From NCBI GenBank assembly GCA_026986155.1, contig JALSPC010000016.1:1-60791 (forward strand): DNA of 60,791 nt, written 5' to 3'. The first letter of the stretch is position 1. Each line of letters starts with the position of its first letter. Origin of the DNA: a bacterium (lineage in GTDB: Bacteria > Desulfobacterota > S145-22). Positions 55,681 to 60,791 of this stretch are shown here, piece after piece. The translations under genes were made by a program, and so were the position numbers. The notes beneath the pieces were generated by a model. The model made no database searches and had not been told where the DNA came from. It saw only the letters and a list, made by a program, of their open reading frames with translations.

Positions 55681-55767
55681 TTAGGTAGAGGCTGAAGACT
55701 GAAGTAAACCACATTTCAGTCTTCGGACTTCGAGGGGCGCAAGCCCCGACCTTCTACCTTCTACCTA
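55681..55767. repeat. Long palindromic intergenic repeat, copy 2 (inverted relative to copy 1)
   Basis: TTAGGTAGAGGCTGAAGACTGAAG, a loop, then TTTCAGTCTTCGGACTTCGA, the hairpin GGGGC-GCAA-GCCCC, and GACCTTCTACCTTCTACCTA. It contains the TAG stop of the ygfK-like gene. Confidence 0.6.
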
Positions 55768-58700
55768 CCCCCTATCAAACGGTTGCCGTCCCTTCAACAG
55801 GCGGTAGAGAACCAGGGCCTCCGCCGCCGAGGAAAGATCCTTTTCCGTTTCGTCCGTCTTCCATTCCACGTTCTTGAAGGCGAGGGTCGCCGCGTCGTAG
55901 GTCGCCCGGACGTCCGGGTCCTCGAAGACGATGCCCGCGTCCGCCGTGTAGACCACGGCCGGTTTTCCGTCCGCCACGGTTTCCATCCGGCCGGGAACGG
56001 AGAAATAGACCCCCGTCCCGTGGGCCTCGAAGCTAACCCGGCTCAGGTGGACCTTCACCTTGTCCCGGTAGGGGGCGCCGGCTGTGGGGCAAAAGGTTTC
56101 GCAGTTGCCGCATTCATTGCAGAAGTCGGCGATGTTCACCACCTGGTAGGGCTGGGTCACCGCGAGGGCGCCCGTCTGGGCGGCCCGCGTCTCGCCCCCG
56201 TTCCGGGTCACCCGGAGCCGGGCCACGGTAACCGCCTCGGACGCCAGGGCCGCGTTGGCCCGGTTCGGACAGACGGTCACGCAGATGTTGCAGAAGAGGT
56301 CGCACTGGAGGCAGCGGGCGGCCTCCTGCTGGGCCTGGGCCTCTGTGAGGGATCCCGTGGAGAGGGAGAAGTCGAGAGCTTCCCCCTGGGCGGGGTGGGG
56401 GATCTCCGGGCCGTAGACCCGCCGGGCCTGCCGGACGCGGAGGGCCTTGAAATCGGGCCGGCGGTCTTCGGGCGGCGCGATTCCGCCCTCCGGGGAAACG
56501 CCGAGGTCCCGCATGATGGCCAGGGCGGCCTTCCGGCCGTCCCCGATGGCCTGCACGAGGGAGGCGGCACCGCGTAGGGCGTCGCCCCCGGCGAAGATCC
56601 CTTCCAGGGTCGTCCGGGTGGTAGCGGGGTCCGCCTTGAGGGGAACTTCCCCGAGAAAATCTGCCACGATCCGCTGACCCACCGCCACGATGACGCTGTC
56701 GGCGGGCATGGTGAAGGTCGCGCCATCCGTCTTGACGGGCCGCCGCCGGCCCGACGCGTCCGGTTCGCCGAGGCGCATGCGTGCCGCCTCGACCCCCGTT
56801 ACCTTGCCGCCTTCTCCGAGAATCCGTTCCGGGGCGGCCAGTTCCACGAGTCCGATCCCTTCCGCGATGGCCTCCCGGATCTCTTCCCGGTCCGCCGGCA
56901 TCTCCCGCCGGGTGCGGCGGTAGAGGAGGGAAACCTCTCCGTCGGGCCCCACGAGCCGGCGGGCCGCCCGGGCCGCGTCGATGGCGGCATTGCCGCCACC
57001 CACCACGAGGATCCGTCTTCCCAGATCGGGCGAGTTTCCCGCCCGCGCGGATCTCAGGAAGGTCAACTGGTCGAAACAGCCCTCGGCATCCTCACCCGGG
57101 ATGCCCAGTCTCACCGCCTCCTGCGCCCCCACGGCCACGTAAACGGCGTCGTGGGCCGCGCGGATCTCCCGGAACATCGCTTCATCCACCCGGGTCTCCG
57201 CGTGGAGGGAAACCCCGAGGGCCAGGATGTCCGCCACGTCTCCTTCCAGGCTCTCCTTGCTTAGGCGGAAGGAGGGGATGCAGCCGGCCGCCATCCCGCC
57301 GGGGACCGGCGCCGCCTCGTAGAGATCCACCTGGCATCCCGCCAGACGGAGGAAATAGGCGCAGGACAGACCGCTCGGCCCCGCGCCGATGACCGCGACC
57401 CGCTTGCCGTTTTCGGGACCGGGGCGCGCGGGAGACGCTCCCTTCCACGTTTCCGCCACGAAACGCTTGATCTCCCGGATGAGGACGGGGCGATCGTAGT
57501 TCATCCGGGTGCAACGGGACTGGCAGAGCCGGGTACAGACCATCCCCTGCACGGCCGGGAAGGGATTGGTGTCCAGGATGACGCGGTAGGCCTTGTCGAT
57601 CTCCCCCCGGGCCGCGTAATCGACGTATCGGGGGATGTCCTGATCGGCCGCGCAGGCGGTCTTGCAGGGGGCGTCCACGCAGTCGAACCGGGCGAGGAGG
57701 CGATCCGTCTTGATACCCTCGAAGGGGAAGGCCTCCTTCTTGTATCCCTCGCTCGCTACCACTCGGTCGGCATAGGCGTCGAGGTTCTTCAGGCGCGCCG
57801 CGGGAAGGTCGTCCACCCCGGCCCGTTTCGTCACGAGCTCGTCCAGGGAGCGGGCCCCCGCCTCGGCCATCCGTTCGCCCAGGACCTCCAGATACTGGGA
57901 GAGCCGCCCGTATCCCCCCGGCTTGAGGAGATCCGAGGAGATCGTGACGGGGCGGAGCCCGCAGGCGAGCACGTCGGTCACGTTGAAACAGTGAACGCCG
58001 GCGGAAAACGAAATATCGAGGGTCCCGCCGAACCGCGCCTGGAGGCGCCTTGCAAGGTTCACGCTGATGGGGTGGAGGGCCCGTCCGCTCATGTAGACCA
58101 TCTTCTCGTTCTTGGGGAGGTTCTGCCGCTCGTTGGCCGTCTCCAGGGTGTTGGTCAGCTTGAGGGAGAAGGTGACGCCTTTTCTCTTCGCCGCTGTCGT
58201 GAGGTTTTCGATGAGGGCCGCTCCGTCCTCGAAGGTGAGGTCGTGGCCGAAGGCCTCGTCGGGCACGGTGACGTCGTAGCCGAGGCGCGCGTTGAGAATC
58301 TCCCGCAGGGCTTCCGGCCCCAGCAGGGTGGGGTTCATCTTGATGGTGGTGTGGAATCCCCGCTGTTCGATGAAGTAGCGCCCGATCTTTTCCACCTCGT
58401 CCGGCGGGCAGCCGTGCATGGTGGAGACGGTGATGTTGTCGGACAGCCGGGCCGGGATGTCCAGGTCCTTCACCCGGGGATAGATCCGCGCGGCGCGTTC
58501 GAGCTTTTCGGAGAGCTCCCGTGAGCAGTCGGTCATGCGGTCGAAAAACCGCTGGACCGGCGGGCTCAGGATACCCTCCAGGTTGTAGCCGGCGCTCATG
58601 TTAAAGATGAAGCCGGGCCCCTCCGTCGCGCCCCATCCCAATCGGTCCCTCAGGATGTGCAGGAGGATGAAGGCGTTGAGATACTCGTTGAAGGATTCGT

Positions 58701-59055
58701 CGAGGCGCAGCTCCTGGGACCACTCGCAGTTGTAGCCCTCGTCGCGCATGTCGATGCAGGGCTTGGTCACGTCCAGGTCGTCCAGCACCTGGATGGTCTT
58801 CAGTTCGATATAGCGGGCCCCGCAGAGGTAGCCGGCCACGATGTTCTGGGCGAGTTGCGTGTGCGGCCCCGCCGCGATGCCGATGGGGGTCTCCAGGATC
58901 TTCCCGTAGCGCGCGAGGGTGAAAGGGGCATCGGCGGAGGGCTCGAAGAAAAGCTCCCGCGTCAAGCCGAAGATCTCTCCCCTTTCCTCCAGGTCCCGGA
59001 GGATCCATGGAAGCAGGGTGTCCAGGTCCGCGCAGATAAATTTGTCGTGTTTCAT
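55765..59055 (-). CDS. ygfK: YgfK-like multidomain oxidoreductase (DHOD/DPD-like barrel, GltD-like FAD/NAD(P) module, ferredoxin domain)
   Basis: 1096 aa. VAVIGAGPSGLSCAYFL and ILVVGGGNAAIDAARAA. C-terminal CLQCDLFCNICVTVCPNRA and CNECGNCETFCPTAGAP. Confidence 0.85.
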   Translation of the reverse strand: MKHDKFICADLDTLLPWILRDLEERGEIFGLTRELFFEPSADAPFTLARYGKILETPIGIAAGPHTQLAQNIVAGYLCGARYIELKTIQVLDDLDVTKPCIDMRDEGYNCEWSQELRLDESFNEYLNAFILLHILRDRLGWGATEGPGFIFNMSAGYNLEGILSPPVQRFFDRMTDCSRELSEKLERAARIYPRVKDLDIPARLSDNITVSTMHGCPPDEVEKIGRYFIEQRGFHTTIKMNPTLLGPEALREILNARLGYDVTVPDEAFGHDLTFEDGAALIENLTTAAKRKGVTFSLKLTNTLETANERQNLPKNEKMVYMSGRALHPISVNLARRLQARFGGTLDISFSAGVHCFNVTDVLACGLRPVTISSDLLKPGGYGRLSQYLEVLGERMAEAGARSLDELVTKRAGVDDLPAARLKNLDAYADRVVASEGYKKEAFPFEGIKTDRLLARFDCVDAPCKTACAADQDIPRYVDYAARGEIDKAYRVILDTNPFPAVQGMVCTRLCQSRCTRMNYDRPVLIREIKRFVAETWKGASPARPGPENGKRVAVIGAGPSGLSCAYFLRLAGCQVDLYEAAPVPGGMAAGCIPSFRLSKESLEGDVADILALGVSLHAETRVDEAMFREIRAAHDAVYVAVGAQEAVRLGIPGEDAEGCFDQLTFLRSARAGNSPDLGRRILVVGGGNAAIDAARAARRLVGPDGEVSLLYRRTRREMPADREEIREAIAEGIGLVELAAPERILGEGGKVTGVEAARMRLGEPDASGRRRPVKTDGATFTMPADSVIVAVGQRIVADFLGEVPLKADPATTRTTLEGIFAGGDALRGAASLVQAIGDGRKAALAIMRDLGVSPEGGIAPPEDRRPDFKALRVRQARRVYGPEIPHPAQGEALDFSLSTGSLTEAQAQQEAARCLQCDLFCNICVTVCPNRANAALASEAVTVARLRVTRNGGETRAAQTGALAVTQPYQVVNIADFCNECGNCETFCPTAGAPYRDKVKVHLSRVSFEAHGTGVYFSVPGRMETVADGKPAVVYTADAGIVFEDPDVRATYDAATLAFKNVEWKTDETEKDLSSAAEALVLYRLLKGRQPFDRG

Positions 59056-59085
59056 AGCGGTTTCCTTCGTTGGGATGGGATGATT

Positions 59086-60357
59086 CTACTGTTCACGCAG
59101 CCGCTCCCACAGCCGGCGCGCCTGTTCCCGGGCGTTGGCCAGGATGTCCGCCTCGTTGACCGTCACGACCCGGCCGTCCTCCACTACCAGGTGTCCCTGG
59201 GCGATGACGCTCCGCACGTGCGCGGCGTCGAGGCCGTAAATGAAGTGCCCGAGGGCGTTGTCCGAGGTGAGGTCGGTGGGGGTGTCGTAATCGAAGATGA
59301 CCAGGTTGTTAACCCCGTCCCCCGGGGCGCCCATGGCGGCGGTGAGCCGGTGGACGTTCCGGAAACGCCGGTAGGTTTCTTCCCACGAGATCCGTTCCGT
59401 CGCCTGGCCCGTGAGAAACACCGCCTTGGCACTGCGGAGCATGTCGCTATGCATTCCGTCCGTTCCCATCATGATGTTATCCCCCAGGTTCCGGTAGTCC
59501 CCCAGCCCAACGTTGTTGTTGAGGTTGCTCTCCGGGTTCTGCACCACCCACGCCCCCGATTCCCTGACGAGGCGCCGCTCTTCGGGATCCAGGTGGATGC
59601 AGTGGGCCAGGATGGTGTGTTTGCAGTCCAGGACGCCGGCGTCCGCGAAGCGGCAAACCACCCGCTTGCCGTAGGTCCGCACGCAGTGATCCTGGTCGGC
59701 CCCGTCCTCGGCCACGTGGACGTGGATGCCCGTTTCGTACCTTTTCGCCAGGGCCACGGCCCGCGCCAAGAGGGCGTCGTCCACCGTGAAGGAGGCGTGT
59801 AGCCCAACGTGTCCCTTGCGCCCGGAGGCCAGGTAGGCCTCCGTTTCCGCCAGGCCCGCCTCCGCGGGGCCCTCGCCGTCCCGGTTGGACAGCTCGTAGC
59901 AGAGGAGGTGCCCGATGCCGACCCGCTCGAAGGCCCCGGCGATGGTGGCAAGGCTTCCCTCGATGGCGAAGGGCGAGGCGTGGTGGTCGATGCAGAAGGT
60001 CACGCCGCGCTTGACCATGTGCACGGCCGCCGCCAGGGCGCTGGCCTCGATCATCTCCCGGTCCAGCCGCTTGTCGAGGCGCCACCAGATATATTCCAGG
60101 ACCTCGACGAAATTGGTGGGGATCACCGGCGGGGCCGGCATGCCCCGCGCCAGGGTCGAGTAGATGTGGTGATGCCCGCAGGCGAAGGCCCGCGTTACCA
60201 GGGCCCCCCGGCAGTCGATGACGCGGTCTCCGTTTTCCGGGACGGTCCCGGGGAAGGATACGCCCCCCGCGGGGCCCGCCTCGACAGCCATGTCCGTCCG
60301 CCGGACCTCGAGGGTTTCCGCGTCCAGGTAGGTCGCGTCTTTCAGATAGAGGGTCAT
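59086..60357 (-). CDS. ssnA: SsnA-like putative aminohydrolase
   Basis: True start at MTLYLKDATYLD, in an ATGA overlap with the upstream gene. AFACGHHHIYSTLARG, YIWWRLDKRLD and IDHHASP resemble E. coli SsnA. Confidence 0.85.
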   Translation of the reverse strand: MTLYLKDATYLDAETLEVRRTDMAVEAGPAGGVSFPGTVPENGDRVIDCRGALVTRAFACGHHHIYSTLARGMPAPPVIPTNFVEVLEYIWWRLDKRLDREMIEASALAAAVHMVKRGVTFCIDHHASPFAIEGSLATIAGAFERVGIGHLLCYELSNRDGEGPAEAGLAETEAYLASGRKGHVGLHASFTVDDALLARAVALAKRYETGIHVHVAEDGADQDHCVRTYGKRVVCRFADAGVLDCKHTILAHCIHLDPEERRLVRESGAWVVQNPESNLNNNVGLGDYRNLGDNIMMGTDGMHSDMLRSAKAVFLTGQATERISWEETYRRFRNVHRLTAAMGAPGDGVNNLVIFDYDTPTDLTSDNALGHFIYGLDAAHVRSVIAQGHLVVEDGRVVTVNEADILANAREQARRLWERLREQ

Positions 60358-60791
60358 GGGTTCTCCTTTTCGCCGGCCATGCGCCCGGCCGCCAGTTCCA
60401 CCGCGTCCACGATCTGTTGGTAGCCAGTGCAGCGGCAGAGGTTGCCCCGCAGCGCCCGGCGGATCTCTTCCCGGGTCGGGCGGGGATTCTGTGCGAGGAA
60501 GGCGTAGGTGGTCATCACCATCCCCGGGGTGCAGAAGCCGCACTGGATGGCCCCCGCTTCCACGAAGGCCTGCTGGATGGGGTGCAGGGTGCCGTCCTTG
60601 CCCGCCAAGCCCTCGATGGTCAGGACCTCCGCGCCCAGGACAGACGCCATCTTCAGCCGGCACGCGCGCCGGGAGACCCCGTCCACGACCACCGTGCAGG
60701 CCCCGCAAAGCCCCTTTCCGCAGCCGTTCTTGGCCCCCGTCAGATCGCGCCTTTCCCGCAAAAACCAGAGCAGGGTTTTCTCCAGGTCCTC
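60354..60791 (-). CDS. [2Fe-2S] small subunit of a molybdenum hydroxylase (N-terminus outside the window)
   Basis: The frame is open to the window edge (EDLEKTLLWFLRERRDLTGAKNGCGKGLCGACTVVVDG). CGFCTPGMVM and NLCRCTGY motifs. The track start at 60761 is a TTG artefact. Confidence 0.85.
   Translation of the reverse strand, partial: EDLEKTLLWFLRERRDLTGAKNGCGKGLCGACTVVVDGVSRRACRLKMASVLGAEVLTIEGLAGKDGTLHPIQQAFVEAGAIQCGFCTPGMVMTTYAFLAQNPRPTREEIRRALRGNLCRCTGYQQIVDAVELAAGRMAGEKENP

Overview
Chromosomal window with about 55 protein genes and 2 tRNAs. I found no rRNA, CRISPR array, transposase or integrase. Gene content suggests an anaerobic, flagellated deltaproteobacterium-type organism (Geobacter/Syntrophus-like); this is inference only.

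Layout, in order:
- 1-6.1 kb, minus strand: flagellar block motA-motB-motB and fliK-flgD-flgE, each preceded by a sigma54-type promoter.
- 6.4-12.4 kb: CBS protein, GlcD-like FAD oxidase, PilZ, an HAO-like octahaem cytochrome c, typA.
- 12.45-13.6 kb: an unannotated spacer holding two tandem Phe/Tyr-rich leader-peptide attenuator units plus a 58-aa ORF.
- 13.6-16.3 kb: Rieske / cytochrome b / nine-haem cytochrome c.
- 16.5-20.2 kb: XRE regulator with a Cys-rich domain, then metY-metX-metW.
- 20.2-24.5 kb: CUT1-type sugar ABC transporter.
- 24.6-26.8 kb: orphan MoaD/ThiS-like gene and mutL.
- 26.9-34.7 kb, minus strand: five genes matching class II benzoyl-CoA reductase bamBCDEF. bamE and bamF are each split in the ORF track by an in-frame TGA at a conserved Cys position, read here as selenocysteine.
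- 35-42.2 kb, lower GC: rsmG, a catalytically dead PilB/GspE-like protein with an intact MshEN-type c-di-GMP motif, a Mut7-C protein, rsmD, coaD, yibQ-like, ctp.
- 42.5-42.7 kb: tRNA-Gly and tRNA-Cys.
- 42.8-46.6 kb: CoA-transferase, apgM-like, usp, FmdE-like.
- 46.8-60.8 kb, minus strand: a molybdenum-hydroxylase / purine-type cluster with homologs of E. coli xdhD, ygfM, ygfK and ssnA, a three-subunit XDH set, an 8-oxoguanine-deaminase-like gene and a further 2Fe-2S subunit.

Main observations worth a second look:
- The tandem attenuators.
- The two selenoprotein recodings.
- A palindromic operator shared by two promoters.
- A family of long palindromic intergenic repeats.
- A cysteine-less 2Fe-2S domain in the XdhD-like protein.
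- An Asp-less extra MotB.
- A DUF45 gene remnant.

Many long ORFs in the track are antisense shadows of GC-rich genes and were rejected.
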